Assembly: GCA_900128585.1 (NCBI GenBank)
Contig: LT642170.1
Span: 1 to 45,819 of the forward strand
From: Stramenopiles sp. TOSAG23-3
Lineage: Eukaryota
DNA: 45,819 nt
Direction of reading: 5' to 3'
Below are positions 1 through 11,417 of the stretch, in pieces. Below the pieces are notes generated by a model, which was not told the DNA's origin, did not search any database, and saw only the letters and a program-made list of their open reading frames with translations. Numbering within the stretch: the stretch's first letter is position 1; each line of letters begins with the position of its first letter. The translations under genes and the position numbers were made by a program.

Positions 1-79
1 AGCATTCGTTTCTTGTGTGATGGTACTTTGGTATAATAATAATAATAATATTTTTTTTTACCAACACTACTTCTTTCTT
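1..79 (+). repeat. 79-nt sequence identical to 20360-20438
   Basis: Base-by-base identity of AGCATTCGTTTCTTGTGTGATGGTACTTTGG...CCAACACTACTTCTTTCTT between the two positions. Confidence 0.95.
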
Positions 80-166
80 TTCTTTCTTTTCTTTCTTTTC
101 TTTCTTTTCTTTCTTTTCTTTCTTTTTCTTTTTCTTCTTCTTTCTTTTTTTTCTTTCTTCTTTCTT
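70..166 (+). repeat. Polypyrimidine (TTTC/TTC) simple repeat
   Basis: Almost pure T/C tract read directly from the sequence. Confidence 0.95.
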
Positions 167-347
167 GTAACAAAATATTAATTTTATATATAAACGATAG
201 ATAATCGTCAGTCATGATGACATTTAAAGAGTAAACAACGGAATATAAATTTATTTGAGCGAACGAATAAGAATTTACTGTTGTGAAGAATTACAACGAC
301 AACAAACCCTGCACGTTGGACGTCTGGCCTTTGAATTGTGGTTTTCA

Positions 348-3300
348 ATGATGATGCAACGTATGCATTTATTCCTACCAGCATTTCTTCTCTATTCTTT
401 CAGCACTTGCTGCCATTCGGTAGAGTGGGACTGCAGCAGCCCTCAGAGCAATGGTCAGTTTACTCGAATCAGTGATTGTAATCTTGGGACTGAAGTCCAA
501 GTAAAGGATGGGAATTCCTTGGAGATTGTTGGGCTCCCAACAATTACGAAAATAACCTCCGTATCTCACGAAGGCGAACCTCTTCGGCACTTTTCTGTGT
601 GGAAAACAAACAGCGTACTGACGTTAAAGTACATACATTTGACCGGCGGCACGGCGATTGATGCACCGATGCCCGGGGGGGCAGTCTACATTAATAACGG
701 GGGCAGTTTTTTTGCATCCGTTTGCTTTTTTTCGGGCAACCAAGCGGACATGGGCGGGGCACTGTATGCAAAGGATGGAACTCTTCGCCTCGATGATTGC
801 ACAATCAGCGACAACGGTGCTTCTAACTACGGTGGGGGGATTTGTATTGAAGATGGAGGTGTGGCAAATTTAACTCGTGTCGTTTTGCGTGAAAACGAGC
901 AGCTGGAAACCACCTACTCAGACAATGGCGAATGCAATTATGACGACGAAGGCAACTGCTATGAGAATGCCGGGGGGGGCGGAGTGTTCGCAAGGGGGTC
1001 TGGTCGTCTGAATATTCGGCAATCCTCGTTCATTGAAAACGTAGCAAAGTCGGGATCGGGGCATCAGCTGCAAATTGAGGAGGGACGGACTTCGTTTTAC
1101 TGGCGGAATTTTGTCCAATCGAAATCAACCTTCTTATTTTCTGTGTGGAGTTGAGGGTACATCTGGCCCGGGAACTATCTTCAACATTACTCTGGACGGG
1201 GAGATTCTTCCCAATGCTGTCAGCAGCACCTCCCATTCCCAAGCCAAGATTTTGTTGGAAAATTTGAGCAATGGACCGCACACTTTAACAGCGAATATAA
1301 TCAAGCGTTTGACGGACTCAATCCCATTGACTGTTGTCCAAAATTTTGTCACAAGCAATTCATTGCTTAAGACGACCATTCGCAGCGATACACCTTCAAG
1401 GACTTCTATGAAATACGCAGTTTTTCACTTTGCATCCAACGTTGAAAATGTAGTGAAATTTGAATACTCTGTGGACGGGTCAAACCCTATTGCAACTGGC
1501 GCTGACTTGGTGGTGGGGCCTCTAGACACAGGGCAGCACGCATTGGTTGTGAGCGCCGTTGATAACGACGGCGAAAAAGACGAATTTCCCGCTATGTTTG
1601 GGTGGGAAATAGTAAAAGAGGATACCCCCACACAGCCAATAGTAACATCATCTCCTCCCACGCAGTCCACATTGCAACATGCATATTTTCGGATTGAGTC
1701 CAAGAACGAGACCAGGTTCAAGTACCAAATTTCCGACGGACCGTTGCACTTTGCAGATACTGGAGGACGCATTATCGCCGAAAATTTAAGCCCGGGCCCC
1801 CACACTATCCGTATATGGCAATTTCAAGAGGGAGGAGTGATGGTCAGCTCTCCTGCTGTGTTTACGTGGAATGTCGACGAAGCAAAGCCTTGGGGGACCA
1901 AGACAGTTCAGCTGATCGATTTGTCCGAGGGAGAACACAGCATCCAGGTCTGGGCAACAGATCCGTTGGGCCTGAAAGACTCAGCTGGTGCAAAGAAAGA
2001 CTTTTTCATTGATGGGGCTGCACCAACACTCAGTACAATCACGTCTCCCCCGGCAAGAGTTAACGGGTCCGATGTATTCGTCACCCTCCGCTGCCTTGAC
2101 AATGTCGCGTGCAAATCAATTGTTTACAAAATTAACACCGAGGAGACACTGCATGTTGCCAATGGCCCATTTACAGCCGATGGATCACTTACGGTAAGGA
2201 TAGAAAGCCCAGAGTACGACGGGATGCACGAAGCGGTGTTCAATGGTGTCGATACCGTGGAAAATACCAATGCTGCCCCCGAGAAGCAAGTTAAACTTAG
2301 CTGGACACGAGACACAACAGCGCCAGACGGCAAAATTTCAATTGCAAGGGATGGCAATTACATCGATGTCAGTGTTACATCCGACAATACCGACGTGCAA
2401 CTTTACCACTGTGCGCTAGAGTTAGTCCTAGAAAACCAGGACGGTCAGTCATGCAACGAAGCGACTCAGTTTGAAACTGTAGACTTGTTTGAGCTGACAC
2501 CGTCCTTACTGACTTGGAGGTCTGGTTTGTTGAACGGTGGTAGGTACCGGGCAACTGTGATTGCCGTGGATGATTTGAACAATCGGCAAACGGTAGCAGG
2601 CATTTCCAGCACACTTCTCGTTTCCACTACCGAGCAAGAACCGCTGACCAACATTACCAGTTCCCCCCCCCCGATAAGTGCACACCAAGAAGCCACGTTT
2701 GTCCTGTACTCTCCAGACACTAATAAGTTCCAATGGCGAAAAGACGGGGAAAAGTACGCAGACGTTTTGTGCCCTGGAGAGGAGTTTTGCTCAGTGTACA
2801 TTCCTTACCTAACATACGGGCGGCACCGGTTTGAAGCGCGTGCAGTCAGGGAGGGAATAGTGGATACCACTCCCCCCTTTGTTGAGTGGGAAATCAGCCA
2901 CTGCAACGACGCCAACCGTAACCCTTCACAGTATGCGGAAATCGAAAAGGGCGGTGCTTTGAAGTGTCTGAATTGCCCCCATCATCGCGGTGCAAATTGT
3001 GACACATTGGATGTGGAATGGGATGGGATTTTTGCCAATCCGGGTTGGTGGACATCCGGGACGACGGAAGACAACTATTACAAGTGTCCGTACAGAGGCG
3101 CGTGCTTGGGCGGTCAAATGACAAAGGTTTCAAAAAATGGCACAACGTCAAAAAACACCACAAAAAGCACCTGTGCTGCTGGTTTCACTGGCGTTGTCTG
3201 CTCCATTTGCGACCAAGGGTACTACCTAGTCGACGACCAGTGCTCGCTGTGTCTGCCTACCGAAGATGGAACTGCTAGCATTGCCGTAGTTTTCACCTTT

Positions 3301-4590
3301 CTTGTTGCATTTGGGCTGTTTATGTTCGCTTTGTGTCGACAGTTGCGTGTCCGAGACAGCAAGTCTTACTGGCATGAACTGAAAGAGAAAGGCGTAGAGA
3401 GTCGCGCACGAGCTATCAGCGGCCGGAGAACTCTGTCATCCATGAAGAAGAAAAACAAAATTTCAAAGCAGCTGAAAATATTCATAGGCTTCGTCCAAAT
3501 ACTCAGCGTGAGCAATTCAGCGTTTAAGATCCCCTGGCCAAGTGGCTTTTTGTTCTTTCTGCGGATTCTGTCCCCGTTTAACTTTGATTTCCTAGCCACC
3601 AGCGGCGTTGGATGTCTGGTCGAGTACGACTTCTTTGACTCTTTTGTGACAATGGTCTGTTTGCCGTTGGTCGTTGTAGCATTGGTGTTCATTACATATT
3701 GGCTGGGGTTGAGACGGCACGAGGTTCTGCACGGGAAGGAGTTTACAAAGGGAATGCATACAGCGTACACAAACCATGTCATTCAGTTTGCAATGTGGGT
3801 CATTCTATTAATCTACCCCCCGCTGTCAAGAAGAACAATTGAATACTTCACATGCTCTGAATTAATTGATGGGGCTTCCTACTTGGTAAAAGATTACCGG
3901 AATGAATGTTTCGCGGGTCGCTGGAACGCAATGCTCCCCTTGTCGACCGCTGCACTTGTAGCCTATCCCCTTGGAATACCTTGTTTTTTTGGGATCCAGC
4001 TGCTGACCCGACGAAAGAAATTGAACAGTGCGAAAACGTTGGCACGCTATGGGTTTCTGTACGATGCTTACCGGCCAGGGGCATATTTGTGGGATGTCTG
4101 GGAGTTGATACGAAAAATGTTCCTCACTGGCGTGATTGTCTTGGTCAGCCCAGGGACAGTATTTCAAGTTGCTGTGGCCAGTGTGACCAACATAACGTTC
4201 ACGTTTTTTCTCTTAATGGAAAAGCCCCATCTGCCTGGCCCTGGACGAAACTTGGCAACAATGGCTAGCATTGCGCTTACCCTGACCATGTTTGTCGGAT
4301 TGATTCTTATAACGGTGGACGATGCGAAAGAGTATTCTGCACTGTTTGATATCTCATTGGTTGTTATCAATTGCTCTGTGGCCATTTATGCCCTCTTCCT
4401 GGTGATTGCTCCCCTGCTCCACTCAATCCCTTTCGGAAAATATTCCACCAAGATTATCCCCGCTAACAAAGTCTCAAACAAAGATCGAATCACGGCAGTC
4501 TTTCTTAAACATGATCACGACCCCCCCACTAAAAGTGAAAGCGATGCACGCGAGGACAAGGCAAAGGAGGCATGGAATGTTGAGAGCTGA
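348..4590 (+). CDS. Large cell-surface/multi-pass membrane protein (signal peptide, Pmp/pectin-lyase-like beta-helix, Ig-like repeats, Cys-rich linker, C-terminal multi-TM region), split by an apparent +1 frameshift near 1075-1154
   Basis: The first ATG (348) precedes a hydrophobic leader (MHLFLPAFLLYSF). Pmp-type repeats GGAVYI, GGALYA, GGGICI and GGGVFA follow. The overlapping ORF 1075..4590 has no start or signal of its own. It carries Ig-like repeats (LDTGQHALVVSAVD, LSEGEHSIQVWATD, LTYGRHRFEARAV..DTTPP), a Cys-rich segment (CAAGFTGVVCSICDQGYY) and many TM helices with motifs KIFIGFVQI, YLVKDY and YGFLYDAY..WELIRK. Confidence 0.8.
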
Positions 4591-4788
4591 GAGCACATAC
4601 CGGTACCGGTACTGTAGGGAACGGGTACCGTGTAAGAAACGGAAAACATGAGTTTTATGAGTGTTCTTAAATTTTTTTTGATTAAGCTAAATTACGTATT
4701 CTTTTCAATACTTCATACTACCCTATTAATAACCTCTTTGTCAGAATGACCTCAATGTATTATTCTATTAATACACTCATATTTAATA

Positions 4789-5097
4789 CCTCCTCCTTCT
4801 TCTTCTTTCTTCTTTCTTCTTTCTTCTTCTTCTTCTTCTTCTTCTTCTTCTTCTTCTTCTTCTTCTTCTTTCTTCTTCTTTCTTCTTCTTTCTTCTTCTN
4901 NNNNNNNTTCTTCTTTCTTCTTTCTTCTTTCTTCTTTCTTCTTTCTTCTTTCTTCTTTCTTCTTTCTTCTTCTTCTTCTTCTTTCTCTTTTTTCTTCTTT
5001 CTCTTTTTTCTTCTTCTTCTATTTCTTCTTCTTTCTTCTTCTTTCTTCTTCTTCTTCTTCTTCTCTTTTTTCTTTCTTCTTCTTTCTTTCTTTTTTT
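4789..5097 (+). repeat. (TTC)n/(TTTCTTC)n polypyrimidine tract containing an N gap at 4900-4907
   Basis: Read directly from the sequence. Confidence 0.95.
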
Positions 5098-5295
5098 AAA
5101 AATTATTCACAACCACCAACCTTCTTCTTTTTTAGAAAGACTTTATTAATATCAGTAGTGTTTAGAAACAATAAATGAAGAAAGTTTCAAAAGTAAAGAT
5201 TCCAACGATTGTTTTTATTTAAAATTTAAAACATCTTGCTCATTTGTTACAACATTGAAACATTGAAACGACACTAAATACAAGCAAGGAAAGAA

Positions 5296-6992
5296 ATGGA
5301 AATGAAGAAAGCATTTACTACATTCTTATTGTTAGCCGTGACCGTGGTGTCCGCTGCGCCAGAAGCGGACTTGGTCGAAAGTCTTCCTGGTTATGGCCCA
5401 CCACCGTCGAAAATGTACAGTGGGTTTTTAAACGCCTCTGCGGCAGATCCTCTTGCAGCGGTACAACTGCACTACGTTTTCACGGAAACTACGAACCGAA
5501 ATGTGAAGGCCGAGGAGACCCCAGTCGTCCTCTGGCTGAACGGTGGACCAGGATCAAGTAGCGTTCTTGGTTTGATGGAAGAGTGGGGCGCCCTGATCTT
5601 GAACGCAACCGGTGGCCTGTCGCCGAACCCTTACGCATGGACGAACCTTGCAAACATGGTACTACTGGAGTCCCCAAGCGGGGTTGGGTACAGTTATTGC
5701 TCGACAAGCACGACGACGGGATGCGTAAACTCCGACGTTAGCACCGCCCGCGCCGCCCGAGTCGCTATGCAGCAGTTTTTTCAAAAATTTCCCGAGTTCT
5801 CGGGGAGTGAGTTTTACATCACCGGGGAATCTTATGCAGGGGTCTACGTCCCTACACTGGTGAAGGAGATTTTGGACAATGCCCCGGAAATCAACATCAA
5901 GGGCATGGCTGTCGGAGACCCTTGCACGGACAACGAAGCACAGCACGATTCGATGGATATGATTTGGTATGGTCACAAAAAGTAAGTACACTGCATATAA
6001 AAGTCCCCCCCACGCACACCCGCTAAACTAACACCAACACCTTGAAAATATTTTTGCGCAGCGGTTTCGTTGCGGAAGCAACGTTTGACACTTTATGGAA
6101 AAAATGTGGCGCACGCCACCCCGCCAAGCTGATGACCGGAGACATGGCATCCAAGGACCCAAAACCTTCCCACAAAACCATGACAATGAAGCTGACTTCT
6201 ACCGAATGCATTGTTGCCCAGCGCAAGTACTTGGCGTCCACAAGCAAAGGGTTCTCCCAGGTGTGGTTGAACGACTACATCAACAATTTGGACCTCTTTT
6301 CGCCCTCCGCAGTTGTATCGTTCAACCAGCCCGGGTCGTTGAATTATAAACTTGCGGAATGGATGATGCAGGACGACGTTAAGAAAGCCCTGCACGTCGA
6401 CGAGTCCCCGAACAAACAGTGGCCGGGCCCTGGCCCCAAGTGGCAGTACAATCAGCAATGGGCCGCGTGCAACCCAAATCCAGAGTTTAACCAATCGATG
6501 GTTGACTTTTACAAGAACATTGCGCCAAGGTTGGAGGCAAAAGGCGGGCGCACGATCGTTTTCAACGGCGACACCGACCCTTGCGTCAGTTACGAAGGCA
6601 CGCGGGCCGCACTCGCAACCGTGTACCCAGAAGTCCCGGGCGGAGCATACCGACCATGGTTCTACAACAATTCCAAAGCAACGTACGAGTTCTTGGCGAG
6701 CAAGCCCTTGTTGTTCGGGCCAAACTTAGCGTTGGTCGATGCCGGGGCACAGCTTGGTGGCATGGTCGTCAACTACGAACACAACCTGAAGTTTGTTACT
6801 GTCCATGGCAGTGGGCACATGGTCCCTCAGTTTCGACCTCAATCGGCATTGAAACTTTTAAGCAACTTATTGTCTGGCGATTCGTTTGCTGAATTAATTC
6901 CAACCGACGATCAACTTGCTGCATTCACAGACGACCAGTTCAATCAATGGATTGACAAATGGACAATTGCAGCAAAGGAGAACGTCGATTAA
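5296..6992 (+). CDS. Serine carboxypeptidase (peptidase S10), two exons: 5296-5981 and 6062-6992
   Basis: Signal peptide; PVVLWLNGGPGSSS; catalytic Ser motif ITGESYAGVYVP; Asp motif FNGDTDPCV; His motif TVHGSGHMVPQ. Removing intron 5982-6061 joins the two ORFs in frame as YGHKNGFVAE. Confidence 0.95.
5982..6061 (+). other. 80-nt spliceosomal intron
   Basis: GTAAGT donor, CTAAC branch-point-like motif at 6028-6032 and CAG acceptor; removal restores the reading frame. Confidence 0.9.
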
Positions 6993-7413
6993 ATAAAAAA
7001 AACCCTTAAAACCTTATAAAATAAGAAGTTTCAAAAAAACGTTATACCAATAAATATTAAGGAAAAGATTGAATTATTAAGAAATTAAAAAATCAATTTC
7101 AATTTCTTTTTCATTTCTATGTAGTGTTATGATTTAAATTATTTTAGACACAATGGTGGATGGATATTATCTCTCCCCTTAATTTTCAAAAAGTAAAACG
7201 AAAATTTGGTGAAAACGTAGTATTTTGAATTTTGCAGCGGCGTGTAAATTTAAAAAAAAAGTAATCAATGTTTTCACGGTGAGTTGAATTTGTGTGTTCT
7301 GTTTGTTTGTCTAAAAGGTTTGCGTATGCCAAAGTAGTGCGCGTCGTATTGTTTGTTTTCCGTTGATGGATATAGTGTAGTGTACGAAATATATAAATAT
7401 TTTACCTCTTCAT

Positions 7414-8124
7414 ATGTCGAAAGTGCCAAAGGAGAAGACCATTCATGCGTTGACTGTTGTTGGTCATGGAGGCCATTCGTTGCACAATGGCTATGATGGG
7501 GTGTATTTGGATGGTGTGAAATTGATAGGTGGGGTTGGAAAGGGTTTAAATGTACATACGATGGATAAAAGCAATTTGCGGCTTGTAGAGAGCAGTGCCT
7601 TTGATACTGCCGCACCTGTCCCTGAAACGACGAAAGGGGAAGGGCCCCCCGAAAGCATGTCGGCCAGCGACGGGCTGTTGGAAATGTTGTACAATATTCC
7701 GGACGGCGTCTTGGTCCTTTTTGCAAGCCGTGGCGTTTGGGAAACAAACTTGAGCGAAGAAGCAATGAAAAAGATGGAAGAGTTTGGTTGTTCGTTCGTG
7801 GGGCCGATCGTGAACAGGAGAACAAGCGAGGGGAAAGAGTTTGGTCAGCCCTTTGCCTGTATCGGTGAGGCGGGCTTAGGGTTTGGCTATGGGACTCAAC
7901 ATTGCATTCTGGACAAGTACGATGGCTTTGGTCAAGACGTTGCCGTAGTGCATCGTGCGTACATTCCCAGCATGCACTTGGGCGCTGCGGGGATGATTCT
8001 GGACGGGGACATCGGGGAAAACAAAAAATGCACCATGCGGTACATGAACGTGAACGTCGTGCCACCTGAACAAGTGCAAGCCTTGGACGAAGAAGAGGAT
8101 GGTGGCGGTGTGGGCGAAACGTAA
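7414..8124 (+). CDS. ILEI/GG-type lectin (FAM3-like) domain protein
   Basis: The pattern GKGLNVHTMD...AFDT...LLEMLYNIPDGVLVLFAS...LSEEAMKKMEEFG...PFACIG matches my recollection of the ILEI consensus (GxGxN..FDT..IPxGxIV..LG). No signal peptide is evident. Confidence 0.7.
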   Translation: MSKVPKEKTIHALTVVGHGGHSLHNGYDGVYLDGVKLIGGVGKGLNVHTMDKSNLRLVESSAFDTAAPVPETTKGEGPPESMSASDGLLEMLYNIPDGVLVLFASRGVWETNLSEEAMKKMEEFGCSFVGPIVNRRTSEGKEFGQPFACIGEAGLGFGYGTQHCILDKYDGFGQDVAVVHRAYIPSMHLGAAGMILDGDIGENKKCTMRYMNVNVVPPEQVQALDEEEDGGGVGET

Positions 8125-8386
8125 CGCTTCTTTGCTCAACCAGGAATTTCAAAAGAAGGGCGTGCGTGTAAAAAATCATTTCAGGAGCTATGCAGTCATA
8201 TTTCACTTTTAGACAAATATTAAAAACAAAACAATAATGTGGGTGCTGTTCGCAGGTTACTCTTTCTCACACTCTCGAGAAGCGAATTTTTTATTCCAAG
8301 ATCTCTCTTGTTAGCCCTTGAATACACGACAACCTTACTCGTAGATACGAGCGAGCTATTTTACACATACCGTTCCATTCTCGTAA

Positions 8387-9286
8387 TTAATAATCGTCCG
8401 ACGCCGCTCCCGCCGTCTGGCCGAGGGCCTCCACCTCGACGTACTCCTCCGGGACTTCCGCCCGGCAGACGGGGCAGGTGGTGTGCCCCTCAAGCCATGG
8501 CGACAAACAGTTTCTGTGAAACAAGTGCGAGCATGGCATTTTCGTTACGGGCATTCCGACGTCGTCGTCGGACGAGTCCCTCAGCATTTCCGTGCAAACC
8601 GGGCACTTCTCCTGGTCTGGGACATCGCATAAATTTACATGTGGCAAGGCATCGATGAAAGCTTTCGAGGTGCTCCGCCGGTCAAGGCTCCCTGCTGAAT
8701 CGAGCAACCGGGTCATCAGAGACTGAAGCGCATCGTTACTGGTAACATAATCGCCCGGGTTGGTCCCTGGAACCATGAACGACCGAGTGTTGCTTGCTAT
8801 TAAGTTCGAAACACTTCCAAAAATATGTCGCAGTGCGTTCGTTCGGCCCGGGCTTCCAGAATTATGTCGCATCGCGTTCGTTCGGCCTCGGCCACGTTGA
8901 GAGGTCGTCGACGCCCGGGATGCCATCCGCCGACGCCTTCTTGGAGGATCACCGCTTCCGGCGCGGTTTCGTCGTCGGCTTCGCCGCACGTACCGACGGC
9001 CTTGCGGCCTCCACTGCCGCTCTGGCCGAGGGTTCACCCCAACGTCTTCCGGAAGCACGAACTGAACGTCGATGCCCCCGCACCTATTGCATACCAACCC
9101 CCCCTTCTCATCTCCTACTTTACAATCGCCTTTCCCCAACGGTTTTACATTTGTTTTACACTCGAAACAAAATCCATCCTTGCTGGCAATCTCTGCCTCC
9201 CCAGACGCCATCGCCATTGAAACAACAGGCGTATGGTTCACCGGCGAGACTCGCACGGACTCTTCCCCAACTGCAAAGGAAGACAT
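8387..9286 (-). CDS. RING-H2 E3 ubiquitin ligase with an N-terminal zinc ribbon (RNF115/RNF126-like architecture)
   Basis: First ATG at 9286. N-terminal FCFECK...CNRCGG..VQ; C-terminal CPVC..MPCSHLFHRNCLSPWL..TCPVCR. An imperfect 36-nt internal repeat encodes GRTNAMRHNSGS/GRTNALRHIFGS. Confidence 0.88.
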   Translation of the reverse strand: MSSFAVGEESVRVSPVNHTPVVSMAMASGEAEIASKDGFCFECKTNVKPLGKGDCKVGDEKGGLVCNRCGGIDVQFVLPEDVGVNPRPERQWRPQGRRYVRRSRRRNRAGSGDPPRRRRRMASRASTTSQRGRGRTNAMRHNSGSPGRTNALRHIFGSVSNLIASNTRSFMVPGTNPGDYVTSNDALQSLMTRLLDSAGSLDRRSTSKAFIDALPHVNLCDVPDQEKCPVCTEMLRDSSDDDVGMPVTKMPCSHLFHRNCLSPWLEGHTTCPVCRAEVPEEYVEVEALGQTAGAASDDY

Positions 9287-9562
9287 GGGAAAAAACACGC
9301 TCGCAAAGGGAACAACAACAAAAAACAAATCTGTACAATAATTGAATTCAAAGAATAGAACTATACCTTCTCTTCAGCTTTGAAATTTACATCGAATGTT
9401 TCCTTTTCGATTTAGTTAAATATAGTATGTGTATACATATATCTAAATTGAAGATTTTAGTCATTCTCGATATAATAAAATAAATAATAATAATAATATT
9501 ATTATTATTATTTTTTATAAAAAGTATAGTTGAGGAGAGAAGAAGAAGTAAGAAAGATGAGT

Positions 9563-10005
9563 TCTTTCTTCTTCTTTCTTCTTTCTTCTTTCTTCTTTCT
9601 TCTTTCTTCTTTCTTCTTTCTTCTTTCTTCTTTCTTCTTTNNNNNNNNNNNNNNNNNNNNNNNNNNNNNNNNNNNTTCTTTCTTCTTTCTTCTTTCTTCT
9701 TTCTTCTTTCTTCTTTCTTCTTTCTTCTTTCTTCTTTCTTCTTCTTTCTTCTTCCTCGCCGCTTTTAATTATTTGTTTTTTAAGTATAATAGTCTTTCTA
9801 CCAAAAGGAAGAAGGAAGAAGAAAGAAGAACAAAGAAGAAAGAAGAAGAAAGAAGAAAGAAGAAGAAAGAAATAGAAGGCGCGGCATTGTTGAGTGATGG
9901 TATGATGGTGCTAATTATTATTAATTTTAAAAAAATGTGCGAAATAAAAAAAGAAGAAAAAGAGAAAGAAGAAGAAAAAAGAAGAAAAGAAGAAGAAAAA
10001 AAAAA
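9563..10005. repeat. (TTTCTTC)n tract (N gap 9641-9675) followed by complementary (GAAGAAA)-type purine tracts
   Basis: Pyrimidine tract at about 9563-9755; purine tracts at about 9803-9870 and 9945-10005. Confidence 0.9.
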
Positions 10006-10358
10006 GCAATTTTAATTATTATAATATATAATTAAATTAAAATACGTATAATAATATATGAAGAAAAGAAAGAAAGAAAGAGAGAGAAAGAAATGAAATA
10101 TAGACGAAGAAGAGCTAATTTAAAATGGTTTCGGATTTGGGTGAACACTAGACCGGTGGTATATTAAACACACGAAAAAAACGATTACAATTTAAACGCA
10201 AAGGAAACTTGCTACAGACGACAATATTTTGATAACAAGAAGGTCATTCAAGTCTATAAAACAGGCGTGGTGTGTATGTGTTTTGAGCACCATTATTGTT
10301 GGAACATTTATTGACGAGAGAGACAGAGAGAATCCAGCCCTTATTTCGTTTTTCTCAC

Positions 10359-11417
10359 ATGGCATCTTTTGAACGGGGTGGTCTGTCGGTGAAAGCGCTT
10401 TGTGCTGGTCAGGCAATCTCGTTGTGTATAGCAGGGACGAGTGTGTTTACGGAGTACCTTAGTTCGCACTCACCGCCGGTCAGTATTCCTTTGGTGTTGA
10501 GTTCAATTACGTACGCTTTGCTAGCGCTGCACTTGGTGTACCGGTACTTTCGGGACGGGCGGCGTTGGCAGCCGTTGAAAGTGAGCTGGTGGAAGTATGC
10601 AATATTCGCCCTCATCGACTTGGAGGCAAACTACCTCGTCATAAAAGCCTACATGTTCACGTCGATGGCGAGCGTCGCGCTGTTGGACGCATTTTCGATA
10701 CCGTGCTCCGTTTTCCTGTCGTACATTTTTCTGAGCGTACGGTACGGGAAGCGACACATATACGGCGTCCTTCTGTGTGCTGCTGGGCTAGGGCTGAGTT
10801 TCGCGTCCGACCTTGTGGCAGCGAAAGGGGGAACCGGGGGGGAAGAGAAAGCGGGAGCGTACAACAATGCGATATGGGGGGATGCCCTCTGCTTGTTGGG
10901 GGCGTTGCTGTACGCGACGTCCAACGTCCTTCAAGAGTCCGTCGTGAAGACGATGGATCGGGTGGAGTACCTTGGCATGCTTGGCTTTTTTGGAACGATC
11001 TTTGCGTGGATCCAGATGACCATGTTCGAGTCCCAAGAGTTGGCCAACGAAAATTTTTCTTCCGACACGATCGTGTACGTTGTTGGTTTCTCCGTTTGTC
11101 TGTTTTCCATGTACGTCGCGACGTCCTGGTTTTTAACGTTTGCAGACAGTGCCCTTTTCAACATGTCGCTGTTGACCGCAGACTTTTACATCGGGATGCT
11201 GTTCATATGGCTCTTTCAAGGAAAGATCACACCGCTGAACATATGCGCGTACGTTTTCATCGGCATCGGGCTACTCGTGTACGGCCGCGAACCGTTGTCC
11301 ACTGCAGGGAAAGAATCATCACTTTTGCAGCACCGGGATGGCGGCGAGTACGACAACATCAGGCACGAGCCCTTGGACCCATTGGACGAGGACGGTGCGT
11401 CTGAGGGAAAGCTTTGA
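10359..11417 (+). CDS. SLC35F1/F2-like (DUF914) multi-pass transporter
   Basis: GQAISLC, WWKYAIFALIDLEANYLVIKAYMFTS, GDALCLLGALLYATSNVLQE, EYLGMLGFFG and FNMSLLTADFY are characteristic SLC35F motifs. First ATG at 10359. Confidence 0.92.
   Translation: MASFERGGLSVKALCAGQAISLCIAGTSVFTEYLSSHSPPVSIPLVLSSITYALLALHLVYRYFRDGRRWQPLKVSWWKYAIFALIDLEANYLVIKAYMFTSMASVALLDAFSIPCSVFLSYIFLSVRYGKRHIYGVLLCAAGLGLSFASDLVAAKGGTGGEEKAGAYNNAIWGDALCLLGALLYATSNVLQESVVKTMDRVEYLGMLGFFGTIFAWIQMTMFESQELANENFSSDTIVYVVGFSVCLFSMYVATSWFLTFADSALFNMSLLTADFYIGMLFIWLFQGKITPLNICAYVFIGIGLLVYGREPLSTAGKESSLLQHRDGGEYDNIRHEPLDPLDEDGASEGKL

Noticed and set aside
1143-1155. 13-nt GT..AG micro-intron (GTGTGGAGTTGAG), and 10/13-nt candidates at 14670, as explanations of the frameshifts
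   Set aside because: They are shorter than the smallest spliceosomal introns I know of (about 15 nt), have no branch point, and the one clear intron here is a conventional 80 nt.
4746-5099. F/S/L-rich and K/E/R-rich ORFs (also 9530-10015, 17373-17828, 20277-20633, 41007-41204, 43128-43343)
   Set aside because: They are translations of TTC/GAA simple repeats that lack stops by composition, and several span N gaps.
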